Notes under the pieces: generated by a model | Told to the model about the DNA's origin: nothing | The model's input: the letters and a program-made list of their open reading frames with translations, nothing else | The model's database searches: none | Part shown: in pieces, positions 1-12,454 of the stretch | Position numbering within the stretch: the stretch's first letter is position 1 | Layout: the number at the start of each line of letters is the position of its first letter | Origin: Scyliorhinus canicula | Taxonomy: Eukaryota | Direction: 5' to 3' | Assembly (NCBI RefSeq): GCF_902713615.1 | Contig: NC_052151.1 | Span: 89,363,304 to 89,427,303, forward strand | Length of the DNA: 64,000 nt | Program-made: the position numbers and the translations under genes

Positions 1-1
1 A

Positions 2-1318
2 GTATTCATTTAGTATCTCGCTTATCTCCTCAGCCTCCACACACAACTTCCCACCACTGTCCTTGACTGGCCCTACTCTTACCCTAGTCATTCTTTTATT
101 CCTGACATACCTATAGAAAGCTTTTGGATTTTCCTTGATCCTACCTGCCAAAGACTTCTCATGTCCCCTCCTTGCTCGTCTTAGCTCTCTCTTTAGATCC
201 TTCCTCGCTTCCCTGTAACTATCAAGCGCCCCAACTGAAACTTCACGCCTCATCTTCACATAGGCCTCCTTTTTCCTCTTAACAAGAGATTCCACTTCTT
301 TGGTAAACCACGGTTCCCTCGCTCTACCCTTTCCTCCCTGTCTGACTTGTACGTACTGATCAAGAACACGCAATAGCTGTTCCTTGAACAAGCTCCACAT
401 TTCCAGTGTGCCCAACCCTTGCAGCCTACTTCTCCAACCTACACATCCTAAGTCATGTCTAATGGCATCATAATTGCCCTTCCCCCAGCTATAACTCTTG
501 CCCTGCGGGGTATACTTATCCCTTTCCATCACTAATGTAAAGGTCACCGAATTGTGGTCACTGTCTCCAAAGTGTTCACCTACCTCCAGATCTAACACCT
601 GGCCTGGTTCATTACCCAAAACCAAATCCAAAGTGGCCTCACCTCTTGTTGGCCTGTCAACATATTGTGTCAGAAAACCCTCCTGCACACATTGTACAAA
701 GAACGACCCATCCAATGTACTCGAACTATATCTTTTCCAGTCAATATTAGGAAACTTAAAGTCTCCCATAACAACTACCCTGTTACTTTCGCTCTTTTCC
801 AGAATCATCTTCGCCATCCTTTCCTCTACATCTCTAGAACTATTAGGTGGCCTATAGAAAACTCCCAGCAGTGTGACCTCTCCTTTCCTGTTTCTAACCT
901 CAGCCCATACTACCTCGGAAGAAGAGTCCCCATCTTGCATCCTTTCTGCCACCGTAATACTGTCCTTGACTAGCAGCGCCACACCTCCCCCTCTTTTGCC
1001 CCCTTCTCTGACCTTACTAAAACACCTAAACCCCGGAACCTGCAACAACCATTCCTGTCCCTGCTCTATCCATGTCTCTGAAATGGCCACAACATCGAAG
1101 TCCCAGGTACCAACCCATGCTGCCAGTTCCCCTACCTTATTTCGTATACTCCTGGCATTGAAATAGACACACTTCAAACCACCGAGCTGAACACTGGAGC
1201 CCTCCTGCGAAGTCAAATCTGTGCTCCTGACCTCTCTACTCTCAATCTCCCGTAACCCAAAACTACAATCCAGGTTCCCATGCCCCTGCTGAATTAGTTT
1301 AAACCCCCCCAAAGAGTA
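2..1318 (-). CDS. CR1 ORF2p N-terminus (APE endonuclease plus linker), open to the window edge; absent from the ORF track
   Basis: Hand translation gives LKCVYFNARSIRNK, ISETW, GGGVALLVK, YRPPN, MGDFK, LDLVL, SDHN and KAFYRYV with no stops. It is in the -1 frame relative to ORF1; the first in-frame ATG is at 940. Confidence 0.9.
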
Positions 1319-1911
1319 CTAACAAATCTCCCCCCCAGGATATTGGTGCCCCTTAGGTTCAGATGTAGACCATCCTGTCTATAGAGGTCCCACCTTCCCC
1401 AGAAAGAGCCCCAGTTATCCAGAAATCTGAATCCCTCCCGCCTGCACCATCCCTGTAGCCACGTGTTTAATTGCTCTCTCTCCCTATTCCTCGTCTCACT
1501 ATCACGTGGCACGGGCAACAACCCAGAGATAACAACTCTGTTTGTTCTCACTCTGAGCTTCCATCCTAGCTCCCTAAAGGCCTGCCTGACATCCTTGTCC
1601 CCTTTCCTACCTATGTCGTTAGTGCCAATGTGGACTACGACTTGGGGCTGCTCCCCTTCCCCCTTAAGGACCCGAAAAACACGATCCGAGACATCACTTA
1701 CCCTTGCACCTGAGAGGCAACATACCAAACGTGAGTCTCTCTCGCTCCCACAAAATCTCCTATCTGTGCCCCTGACTATTGAGTCCCCAATTACTAATGC
1801 TCTGCTCCTCTCCCCCCTTCCCTTCTGAGCAACAGGGACAGACTCCGTGCTAGAGTCCCGTACCCCATGGCTTACCCCTGGTAAGTCCCCCCCCCCCCCA
1901 CAAGTATCCAA
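1294..1911 (-). CDS. CR1 ORF1p C-terminal part (SGNH/GDSL esterase domain)
   Basis: Motifs GDSIVR, GARV, HIGTND and DGLHLN; ends WGGLN*. Confidence 0.9.
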   Translation of the reverse strand: MDTCGGGGDLPGVSHGVRDSSTESVPVAQKGRGERSRALVIGDSIVRGTDRRFCGSERDSRLVCCLSGARVSDVSDRVFRVLKGEGEQPQVVVHIGTNDIGRKGDKDVRQAFRELGWKLRVRTNRVVISGLLPVPRDSETRNREREQLNTWLQGWCRREGFRFLDNWGSFWGRWDLYRQDGLHLNLRGTNILGGRFVSTLWGGLN

Positions 1912-1929
1912 AACGGTATACTTGTTACA

Positions 1930-2084
1930 ATCGACAAAGTTTCATGGTCATCATTCGACTGATTCAGGATTTTTATTGAATTCAAATTCCACCATGGTGG
2001 GTTTCGCACCCAGGTCCCCAAACTAAAATGAAGGGTCGCTGGGTTACTAGTACAGTGACAATACAACTACACCACTGTCTCCCC
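1930..2084 (-). mobile_element. tRNA-derived SINE 5' fragment
   Basis: Minus strand starts GGGAGACAGTGGTGTAGTTG (A box), with a GGGTGCGAAACCC B-box-like motif. Confidence 0.55.
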
Positions 2085-2278
2085 TGAGTGGTGGAGTGCA
2101 CTTTTCGACACATTTTGAGGCCTAGGCCTCATTTAAATTTGCTAAGGGACTGCAGGGCGTCATCTTCATTCGACTCAGCAGATTGAGGACTAAAGATGGA
2201 TAACCACAAGAATTGTGTACAAAGTCACAATGGCTCTACAATGAGAGAAATGTTCTCATTGGCTAAAGGGATGAGAAC

Positions 2279-2680
2279 TGTCATAATATACATCCATCTG
2301 TATAATGGTGTGCAGACAGGCAGTGATTGACACACAGGATGACCAGTAAGCACACAGAACACAGCAGCCAATCACCAGACAGGACACGACCATTATAAAG
2401 CCAGAGGGCACCAGTTTTCCCGCTCTCTAGGGATCCAGCCTCTGAGACAGTCAGAGCGTGTGAGCACAGCCAGTGTAAACACCATGTGGTAGTCAGTAAG
2501 TCTGGTCAGGCTAGCCTCAGGTCTCCAGTCAAGTCAGCATAATGTCAACCCACAGTTGAACATGTAAAATAGTTAGATGTTAAATAAAATTGTGTTGCAT
2601 CTCATCAAGTGTTGGAAGTCTGTCTCTCGCTACACTGCATCCAACGCAGTCCATATAGACCCAGCCTGCCCAACACATCA
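2279..2680 (+). mobile_element. Solo LTR (402 bp) inserted in an old CR1 3' fragment
   Basis: TG...CA ends, TATAAA, AATAAA and TSD AGAAC at 2274-2278/2681-2685. The flanks rejoin as CR1 RT C-terminal RTRGH-like sequence. Confidence 0.9.
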
Positions 2681-3182
2681 AGAACTAGGGCACACAGACT
2701 TGAAGTGATTAGCAAAAGAATCAAAAGGTGACATGCAGAAAACCTTTACACAGTAAGTTATTATAATTGGAATCCACTGCCTAAACGGATAATGGTGGAA
2801 GATTCAATTACGTCTTTCGAAAGCGAACTGGAAAATCACCTGAAGAGAAACAGTTGCAGGGCTATGGGGAAAGAGTGAGGGACTAGCTAAATTGCTCTTG
2901 CTAAGAACCACATAGATCAACATGTTGGATGGCCTACTTCTCTGCTGTAATCTACTCTGTGATTCTACATTATAAATGTTAAACTGACCACTGCTTTTCC
3001 AAGTTATTGGTTAGGCTGAGGCAAAACACAGAGTGGAAGTTTGCAAGAGATGCAGTGACAAACACATTGGCCCTGATATCTGAACCATCGGAGACTAGTA
3101 TTATGATCCCAGTGGATGTTATAACTGGATGGGAAGATCCCAGTTGATGTTATACCTGGAGGAGAGGCTCAAAAGACAGTGA

Positions 3183-3792
3183 ATGGGATTCTCCGGTTGC
3201 CGACACTGAAATCGGCCGGAGAATCCCCGTTTGTGCCGAAATCAGGGACAGCGCAGTTTGCAATGCTCCAACCCCAGAAAACGGAGTATGCCGCATGCCG
3301 TCGGGACGGCCTCAGGACGTCACCTGAGGCCGGCCCCGATGGGCTGAGTTCCCGACGGTGTGGGACTTTTTTCTGTGAACCCAGCATGGAGGCTGCGAAC
3401 TGAGTCCAGCATCATAGTTGGGGGGGAGGGGGGGGGTGGGGGGGGGGGGGGGGGGGGGGGGGACTGGTGAGGGGGTGTTTTGTGGTGTGGTGGTAAGGCT
3501 GATTATAATAGGACAGTTTCTGGCAGGCCGTGTCCGCGCACAGCCAGCACCATGTTGCACAATTCAGCCGCTGCAGGCCGCTGCCATGTTCATGCGCGGC
3601 CATGGATCCATCAATTCTCCGGCCGTATCCGCAGGTACAGCTGGGGGCTTTACGATGCGCGCCTGCTAGCCCCCCCCCCCCCCCCACCGGACTGACAATC
3701 GGGACAGCTTTTGTGCTGTTTTTTCGGGTGTAAAACGCAACTGTTCCCACACCAGTGTCAACACTTAGTCTTCAAACTAGAGAATCCAGCCC
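3183..3792. mobile_element. Non-autonomous Harbinger-like MITE
   Basis: GGGATTCTCC...GAGAATCCAGCCC termini, shared with other GC-rich MITEs in the window. Confidence 0.65.
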
Positions 3793-4190
3793 AGTAACGT
3801 TTGTTATAATGCATGGAGGAAGAGGGTCACAGGACCGCTAATTAGTTTTAACAAGAAAAAAATACTTATTACACATGAAAAAATGTAATTATGATAAAAT
3901 ATGCCTTTACTCCCCACTTATTTTAACAATTACGCAGAGGTTTTAGGATTAACAAAGAGTACATCTTAATCTACAATGGTCTTATTAAGGCAAAGTTAAT
4001 CCATCAAGGTGACTGTGGGCAAATACATTCAAAATTCTAAACCCAAGTGAATGTTTGTGAATATTTTCTCAGACACTCTCCAGATAATTGTCACGTGAGA
4101 GTTTCCAAACTCAACTCCCAAAAACACGCTTTAAAATGTACTGTCACAATAATGTTTTCCCTTCGCGGTTAGCATTCCAAAATCAAGGCC

Positions 4191-5435
4191 GGGGCGGAAT
4201 TCCCGGTGTCCCGAATTCTCCGCCCCCCGAGATTCGGCGGGGGCAGGAATCGCGCCGCGCCGGTCGGCGGGCCCCCCGCGCTGGTCGGCGGGCCCCCCAC
4301 GGCAATTCTCCGGCCTGCAATGGGCCGAGGTCCCACCACTGACAGGCCTCTCCCGCCGTTGGGAATCAAAACACCTACCTGACCGGCGGGATTGGCGATA
4401 CGGGCGGGCTCCGGGGTTCTGGGGGGGGCGTGGGGTGCTCTGACCCCGGGGGGTGCCCCCACGGTGGCCTGGCCCGCGATCGGGGCCCACCGATCGGCGG
4501 GCCGGCCTGTGCCGTGGGGGCACTCTTTTTCTTCCGCCCTGCCATGGCCTTCACCATGGCGGGGACGGAAGAGACCCCTCCCCTGCGCATGCGCCGGTAT
4601 GACATCAGCAGACACTGATGCACCGGGCATGCGCGGACTTACGCCGGCTGGCGAAGGCCTTTCGGCCTCAGCTGGCAGGGCGCCAAAGGCCGTTCGCACC
4701 GGCTGACGGAGCGGGAGCCACTCTGGCACGAACGGCTTTTTCGCACCTTTGGGGAGAATATCACACCTTTAGGGAGGCCCAACACCGGAGTGGTTCACGC
4801 CACTCCGTCCTGCCGGGACCCCACACCCTGCCGGGTAGGGAAGAATCCCATCCCGGATTTCCCAAATGACGATTGCGTTGTGCCCAGCGCAGATAGGGGC
4901 ATGGTCGGTAAATATCGAGAGAGGGCAAAATCAAGATTCGCTCCAGGCATGAACCATTTTGTGATTCACTCAGCCGCCCCGAGTGCAAAATCATGCAGAA
5001 AAATAATGAGAATATCATTAACCCCAACTTACATACATTTGAACCTCATTAACGAGATTGAAGTTGAATGCAGCGGCCACCCGGGAATTACCAGACTCCC
5101 TGTCACGGGGAGCATCGTTCCGTACTCCTTTCCAAAAATGGAAAATTGCCGCAATGGGTACTGAGGGGAAGTGAGGACGTGAGTAGATATTTCCAATTAC
5201 CAACATGCAGCTCAAGGACACTGAAGCTGCGGCCTCAGTGCTTGCATGGGGGAGGGGGGAGGGTGGCGGCGGGGGAAGGTGACCATTCATGGGGTTTGGA
5301 CTTGATCAGGGGGTGAAGCGTTTCAGGTCGGAAGTGGCCCCTGGGCTGGTGGAGTGAAGGGCCTTGTCACTGTCAGGCCTTCAAGCCATCTTTTAATAGT
5401 GTGGAGACCCATAATAGGGGCAACCACAGCTGGAG
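4191..5435. mobile_element. CpG-rich Harbinger-like MITE(s), composite
   Basis: GGGGCGGAATTCCC terminus; internal homology to 22760-23483 and 55646-56210. Confidence 0.65.
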
Positions 5436-5439
5436 CTTG

Positions 5440-6070
5440 TCATAAGACCATAAGACATAGAAGCAGAATTAGGTCACTCAGCCCATCGAGTCTGCTCCGC
5501 CATTCAATCATGGCTGATATTTTCTCATCCCCAGTCTCCTGCCTTCTCCCCATAACCCCTGATCCTCTTATTAATCAAGAACCTATCTATCTCTGTCTTA
5601 AAGACACTCAGTGAATTAGCCTCCACAGCTTCTGCGGCAAAGTGTTCCACAGATTCACCACCCTCTGGCTGTAGAAGTTCCTCCACATCTCTGTTTAAAA
5701 GATCGTCCCTTTAGTCTGAGATGGTGTCCTCTGGTTCTAGTTTTTCCTACAAGTGGAAACATCCTCTCCACGTCCACTCTATTCAGGTCTCACGGGTCCC
5801 AAGTCCAAAGACGTGCAGGTTAGGTGGATTGGCCACGATCAATTGCCCTTAGTGAACAAATAGGCTAGGAGAGGTTATTGGGTTACGGGGATAGGGTGGA
5901 AGTGAAGGCTTAAGTGTGTTGATGCAGACTCGATGGGCCGAATGGCCTCCTTCTGCACTGAATGCTCTATGTTCTATGTTCTATCTTGTAAGTTTCAATA
6001 AGATCCCCTCTCATCCTTCTAAACTCCAACGAGTACAGAGACAGAGTCCTCAAACGTTCCTCATACGACA
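5440..6070 (-). mobile_element. CR1 3' end, interrupted by an HE1-like SINE 3' half (5795-5985, + strand)
   Basis: (CATAAGAC)n tail, RT C-terminal LYSLEFRRMRGDLIETYKI, and the SINE core CCAAAGACGTGCAGGTTAGGTGGATTGGCC. Confidence 0.85.
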
Positions 6071-6254
6071 GTCTGTCTGTCTGTCCTACCAAGCTCTTCC
6101 AGGACACAGCCATACTGAAGCTTCTCTCCTGAAAGTCAATTCCACTCCCTTTGACTGTGAGCAGCCTCAGCTTCACAGTCGAAGGCCATTTCAAATGAGG
6201 AATTAGCCTTGTTAGTTGTGATAGCACTTCATATTCTGAACTCTCGGTTGGATT

Positions 6255-6635
6255 GTTTGCATTTGGTTGGATGTGTTTATTGTCATGTGTACTGAGGTTG
6301 AGTGAAAAGTATTGTCTGCATACAATTCAGACAGATCATTCCATACATGAGAAAAACATAGGGCAAACATAAATACACAATGTAAATACATAAACACAGA
6401 CATCGGGTGAAGCATACAGGAGGTATGTAGCAATACTCAGTTGAGAAGATGCACGAAGCTCGTCCATAAGAAGATTGTTTAGTAGTCTGGTAACAGATGG
6501 GAAGAAGCTGTTTTTGCATCTTTTAGTGCGTGTTCTCAGACTTTTGTCTCTCCTGTCCGATGGAAGAAGTTGGAACAGTGAATAAGCCGAATGTGAGGGG
6601 TCTTTGGTTATGCTGCCTGCTTTCCCAAGACAACA
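6255..6635 (-). mobile_element. Rex1/Babar-type LINE 3' fragment
   Basis: Translation KDPSHSAYSLFQLLPSDRR...KNSFFPSVTRLLN; 3' UTR ends GACAATAAA. Confidence 0.8.
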
Positions 6636-6639
6636 GGAG

Positions 6640-8220
6640 TACCTCCTCAAGCGGCTCCTTGAAGGCGCAGGTGCCATGTCTCAGAGGATGATTAGTGCAC
6701 TGCATGCCCAGTAAACACTGATACCTAAACAGTGTGCCTGTACTCCAGTAGCACCAGCACCATAGAGGCAGCTGCCAACAATAAGACACTAAAGAGTACG
6801 GCTTTATCACTGAGGATCCTCTCGTGGCGAAAGGGTAAGTATCTGATGAGCGGAGGACAGCTAAGAACGACTTCCCTCATGTTCCCAGCAGAGGCCTGGA
6901 TTCCAGGAGCTCCTGATGTGGCTGGGGGTGAATGTGCCGAGCATGGTTTTCCAGCACAACTGGCTTGCTGGATGGCACTCTAAGAAAAGGCAGACCTCAT
7001 GGTAAGGGTGGGCGGAGCTTGGTGATTTGAGGGTCCTGGGATGGAAGCCTGAACAGATTGTCGGTCTTTCTCTTTCTCCAATTTCTTCCTCATGAAAAAT
7101 TGATCTGTGGTGTGAATCCCATGGAGACTGCCCTCATGTTGCTTGTGGCAGCCGAGGGGGGCAGACACCGTAGAAGGCAACAGCAACAATGTAGGCTGGA
7201 CGTGGCTATTGGTGGCAATCCTCAGCTCTCTGGCCAACCTTCCTGTCAGTGACTGCTCTCGCCTTGGGCAACCCCGCGATTTCCAGGACCCATTCCTCAT
7301 GATTTCCAGGATCCATTCCTCAGAGGGTGTGAGACTCGAATCTCTGGGATTCCTCCCCTCATTTAGCCCCTTCCTGTTTATTATGGGCTATCTTCTCCTG
7401 TGGGGATAAAGAGATGGCATTATGAGCCACATGTTTAATGGGTCTGCAGCTTCTGTATTATAGAATTTACAGAGCAGAAGGAGGCCATTCGGCCCATCGA
7501 GTCTACACCGGCCCTTACAAAGAGCAACCTACTGAAGCTCACGTATCTACCCTATCCCCGTCATCCAGTAACCCCCACTTAACATTTTTTGGACACTAAA
7601 GGCAATTTAGCATGGCTAATCCACCTAACCCGCACATCTTTGGACTGTGGGAGGAAACTGAAGCACCCAGAGGAAGCCCACACAAACACAGGGAGAACGT
7701 GCAGACAACGCACAGACAGTGACCAAGCCAGGAATCAAACCTGGGACCCTGGAGCTGTGAAGCAACTGTGCTAACCACTATGCTACCATGCTGCCCGTGA
7801 TGGTTCATGATGGCTCTGAGGTGGCATGTGTGAGCACCACACCTGGACATGAAATGGTTGTGTTGTTGAATGCCAGGGGTTCTGAGGAACAAGCTTGAAG
7901 ATCAGTGGATCGGGGGGGTGGGATTTGGGAATTTGATAAGTGGCAGGCGGAACTGATGCTAGGAGAGAGATAGTACCTTACCCTTGCAGTTCGTTGGAGG
8001 GTGTTGATCTTCTTTTGACATTGGAAGTCAGTTCTCCTTGTCATGTTGTCCGCACTGACAGGCGATACCACTGCCTCCCAGGCAACATTTCTCACCCTGT
8101 TGCTGGTCCTCTGCATCCCTTGGGGGAAGAGGGTGCCCCGCCTCTCATCTACAGCTCCGAAAAACCTTGTGAGGTCACCAACCCTAAGTGAGGAGCAGGT
8201 CTATGCACTGCCATGCTTGA
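6640..8220 (-). mobile_element. Degenerate Harbinger Myb/SANT (trihelix) gene fragments
   Basis: ORF 7805-8116 reads RNVAWEAVVSPVSADNMTRRTDFQCQKKINTL, a Myb/SANT W...RT..QC.KK pattern. Confidence 0.7.
7460..7795 (-). mobile_element. HE1-like V-SINE, full length
   Basis: GGGCAGCATGGTAGCATAGTGG head, B box GGTTTGATTCC, V-domain core and CR1-type tail. Confidence 0.9.
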
Positions 8221-8239
8221 GTATTGACTGGGACTGAGT

Positions 8240-9050
8240 GGTGAGGGAGCGTTTGATAGCAGCTCCCCCTTGACACTGAAGCATGAGTCAGGTGAATCAG
8301 ACAGCAAGGGAACCAGTAGCATTGAGAATCTCATGGGAGCGCTTTTTTGGCACTAAGTACCATTGAAGGCGGGCTGCGACCTCACCAATGCGGCCGTTGT
8401 AGAACTCCCCACCAAACGCACCCAAAACTGCACTTGAACATTTGGTCCGCTGAATCACCCCCAACTCCTTTAAACAAAGCTTCCTCTCCACTTTTAACAG
8501 TGAATCCAGTCCAGCATTTTACACCAACCCCTGAGGATGTTTCTTGTCTTGAGCACCGTGCAAAATGCCCACAATTGTTTTAACTCTCAATTCCCATACA
8601 GTATTAAAATGGCATCAGATATTTAATTTGCCCTTTCAAGGCTGTTGTCCCTCCTTACATATGGTTCCTGCAATTGTCTCTTTAGTACTGGATACTTTGT
8701 TTACTATTTCTTTAATTATTCTGAACAATGCCTTGGTATCTGTTCACTGAACTCCAGTCATCTGCAACATTCTTTCTATCCCAATTTCCTGGGGTTAACT
8801 GGACTTTAACTTGTACTTTTGGAAGGCTGCCTCTTTGCAGCTTCCGCCCTGTTCCGTCTTACTTCTGGCAGGATTGAGAGATGCTCATGCCTGTAGGTCC
8901 TGTCTCCAACTGTCCACAAATTCAGCTAAACTAAAACGTAAAGGTTTCTCTACCTTACAAGGCCCCAGTTGCTAAGCAACACCCACAACACCTCTTATTT
9001 ATTTTCACACTGTAGCCCTCTCTAAGCACAATAGACACACTGTTAGAATT
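8240..9050 (-). mobile_element. Fragment of a long-LTR family
   Basis: Reverse complement aligns by eye to 21790-22330 and 47925-48590 (TTAGCAACTGGGGCCTTG; ACTGGATTCrCTGTTAAAAGT). Confidence 0.7.
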
Positions 9051-9646
9051 ACCCAATCACTCACACTGAACACCCACACCCCCAACAACTCCCCCCTAAC
9101 CCCCTGACTACTCTTCCTGACCACACTTCCCCCTACCATCTAATTATACCCCCATGACAAGATTTGACTCCCTCCCAACATGACTACCTGCCCCGGCCAA
9201 GCATGTCTAGCCCTTAGCCTGATTACCCCTCCTGACCAGACACAACTACCCCTGACTCATCTCCCCACTAACCTACCTATCATCTCACATCTCACTGCCT
9301 GACCTCATGCTCACCTACAATCTCACCCACCTCCCACCCTGTCCAACCACCCACCCTGCTCACCTGCCATCTCCCTCACCTGGCACACAACAAACCTGCT
9401 ACCCAAATAAAAATGATCTGTTGTAATGCTGTTATTCAAAGGGAGAAATGTTGGCCACCCGCCACCTCACCCACCTGCCACCCCACTCACCCTACCACCT
9501 TACCTATGCACTCATTCATCTGCTCACCCATTTGCAAACATTAGTGCCATTAAGAAGGGACATATCCAGTCTGCCTGCTGATGCAATGCTGTTGTCAGAA
9601 GGGTGCTGCATTCTGCATTTCTGGAGAAGCTGGGCTTGGAAGACCT

Positions 9647-10700
9647 GGGACTGTATTCTCCAATGTCGGGATTCTCTGTTGCGATGGCAGCGCACCCGTG
9701 CCTGGGGATTTTCCGATGGCGTGGGGCTGCCCACAATGGGAAACCCCATTGGCCAGCTGGCGAGACAGAGAATCCTGCCACCGGTGGGGGTGTGCTGCAC
9801 CAGAAAACTGGTGCGGCAGGACGGAGAATCCCACCCCTGATGCTAAATGTAGGGCAGCTTTGGGGAATGGAGAGGTTTTAGTGGAGTGACGATCCAACAA
9901 TAATTGTTAAAGATCCGGGCCATCAGATTCGTTTTAGATTGGTTCTGCAAAATTTTAATGAGTAATGGGAAACCCATGATTCGTTTTCCTGCGCTAAAGG
10001 CATCTTCAATTGTGATATATGTTACAGACCAGACTGGAAACATACACTGCTGGCGGTACTTGTATCATGCTGCTCGCCAGGATTCCTGGACATGAGGAGC
10101 ATGATTTAAGGCCCAGAAAACAGAGCACTTTGCGCACAAATAGTAGGGTGTTTCCCAGCACTTGCAGCGCCAAGAATGACCCCGCTATTAAAAAAATTAC
10201 ATTTTTTTGGGGCCTCGATGGGGTGTCATAGGGTGTCAGTGCCAGGGTTCCCAGTGGCACTGCAAGTGTGCCTGGTTTGCAATGCCAAGGTGCCCAGGTG
10301 ACATCAAGAGTGTCATGGTACCACCCGGCCCAACCACCCGGGGGCCTCTGATAACCTGGAAGACACCCCCCCCCACCCCCCCACCACCACCCGCTGCCAT
10401 AAAGCCTGATTTACATTTGTGTGCATCAGTGCTAAGCGGCGCAACGCCTCGGTCTTCCAAGTGCGGGTGTTCATCCCCAGGCATTGGGAGAATCGGGCAC
10501 CAACATATTTAAATGAGTCGAATGATTCATATAAATATGCTCATCTGGATCTCACGCAGCAATTGCTCACAAGGCATTCCATCTGAGGATCGCAAATCTC
10601 ATGAGAGGCCTCTCATGAGATTTAACGGCCTCGTCACGGGTGTGAGGAAGCTGTTCGATCGCGCCAAAGATGACAAGTAAAGCATTTTGTCTGGAATGAT
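9647..10700. mobile_element. Harbinger-like MITEs (about 9647-9838 and 10075-10700)
   Basis: ATTCTCC/GGAGAATCCCACCC termini and shared internal motifs. Confidence 0.55.
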
Positions 10701-12454
10701 TGGTGCCATGACACCCTGGGCTATTGCGCAGTTGTTTCCAGCCCCATAGACCACCGAGTCCCAACACAAGTGAATTAACTAATAATTTGTATAACGTTTC
10801 TGAGATCTTTGGGTCAAGACTGCTCCAATGACCTACAGGTGTCAGATTTGTAAATGAAATACAACTGTTTATTTATAACAAAAATAGAGATAAGGCATGC
10901 AATAATTATAATAGAATAATGGCCAGCTAATCTACTACCCACCTTTTACCATCCCACCGTCTATCAAAACACACACAAGACAGATACACAAGGGAGAGGG
11001 AAGGAGAAAAATAATAGGAATTATGTATGCAATGGAAGATGAGTGTTCTTGCTTTGGCTGTTGAAGTCGTTGCAGCCGTAGGCTGTCCTTCCAGGATACG
11101 GAGTGATTGAATCCGGCGGTTGAAGTGCTAACGATGAATTTCTGGCAGTAAAATTCAGTCAGAACTCCCAGGCTGTGGGGTTCTCTCCGCGGAGTCACTT
11201 CAGCTTTTATTAACCTGGGCCTTCACTCCAAAAAAACAACCTCAGGCCTGTATAATACTTATTTATGTCCAACTCCACCAGAATGTCTAACAGCATTTCT
11301 GAAATAATTCCCCAATTGAGATTTCAAAAAGGATTTTAAATGACTGACCCTGCCTGTAGCTGGTGCTGGACTGGATTTTCTTTGCAGTTCAAATAGGCTG
11401 TGCAGAGAGAAAGGTTTTTACTCTGCACCTTCAGAAAGAATCCATCAGGTGAGAGAGAAATCAGAGCTGTGACTCTACAGCTTCTGTTTAAATTGAAACT
11501 AAATACAAAACATAGTCCCACAGAGGAGGAACAGTCTAGAACGGTCAGCACCAATCAGCATTGAATATCACCTAAGGCCTGACAATTGTAAAACAGTTGG
11601 CCACCAGCCATATCCATCAAGAAATGTCATTATTGAGGTCAGACCAAACAGCCAAACAGCACATCCTGCTGAAGTGCTCTGTTTTTTTAAATTAAAGGTG
11701 ATGTCTATCTGAAAGGCATAGGTCCCATTAATTGTCCAGGCACAAAATTTGAAATAGCCAAATGCAGAAATAACACTGGCATCCAAGATGCTGAGGTCAG
11801 GATTTGAGACATTCTGAACACTGAGATTTTTAGCTCATGTTCCTGAGGCTGATCAAAGGTTTTGGAATATTCAAAATCCAATAATGGAAAGTTAATTCTA
11901 AATAATATTGTTTGCTATTTCTATTATCCATTATCAGGCTTTGTACACAATTGGACACATTGTTTTATCTATAAAAAACAAATTACCTCATATAGAGTTC
12001 AGAAATTCATGCTTTTCTGTTGCTTTTATTGCAAACATAAATTTTAGAACTGTCTTCACATTATTTTCTGTTCCTTGTGATGCTATCTCAATGCTTTTGT
12101 GCCAGCAGTCTTTTCCCATCGTTGGGAAATCTTCAAGACAGAAATAGGAAGCACACACTGTGATAGGCCTGTCTTCTATCAATCATAAAAATACCTTTGG
12201 GTATCATGTGACTTCCCCAAGCACCAAAACATGACATTGTTTATTAAAATCACAAAGCATCACAAAGCAGGCCACCCTCGTCCACAATGCTTGCACTGAT
12301 GTGTTCTGGGAGTTGTAGTCTGTTAAATACTGGCAGAAGCAAAATGCAAATAATCTTTTTCACGCAACAAATGGTTAGAATCTGGAATGCACAGTCTGAG
12401 AGTGTGGTGGAGGCACGTTCAATCAAGGCTTTCATGTGGAAATTAGACTGTTAT

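Larger units (their letters stand above)
1..1925 (-). mobile_element. Young CR1 (HER1-like) LINE, 5'-truncated within ORF1, continuing past the window start
   Basis: ORF1 esterase at 1294-1911 is followed by an uninterrupted APE endonuclease frame. Confidence 0.95.

Noticed and set aside
498-1828. Plus-strand ORFs
   Set aside because: These are antisense shadows of the CR1 ORFs.
3105-3165. Direct repeat of about 30 bp, two copies
   Set aside because: A simple local tandem duplication; not a CRISPR array or other array.
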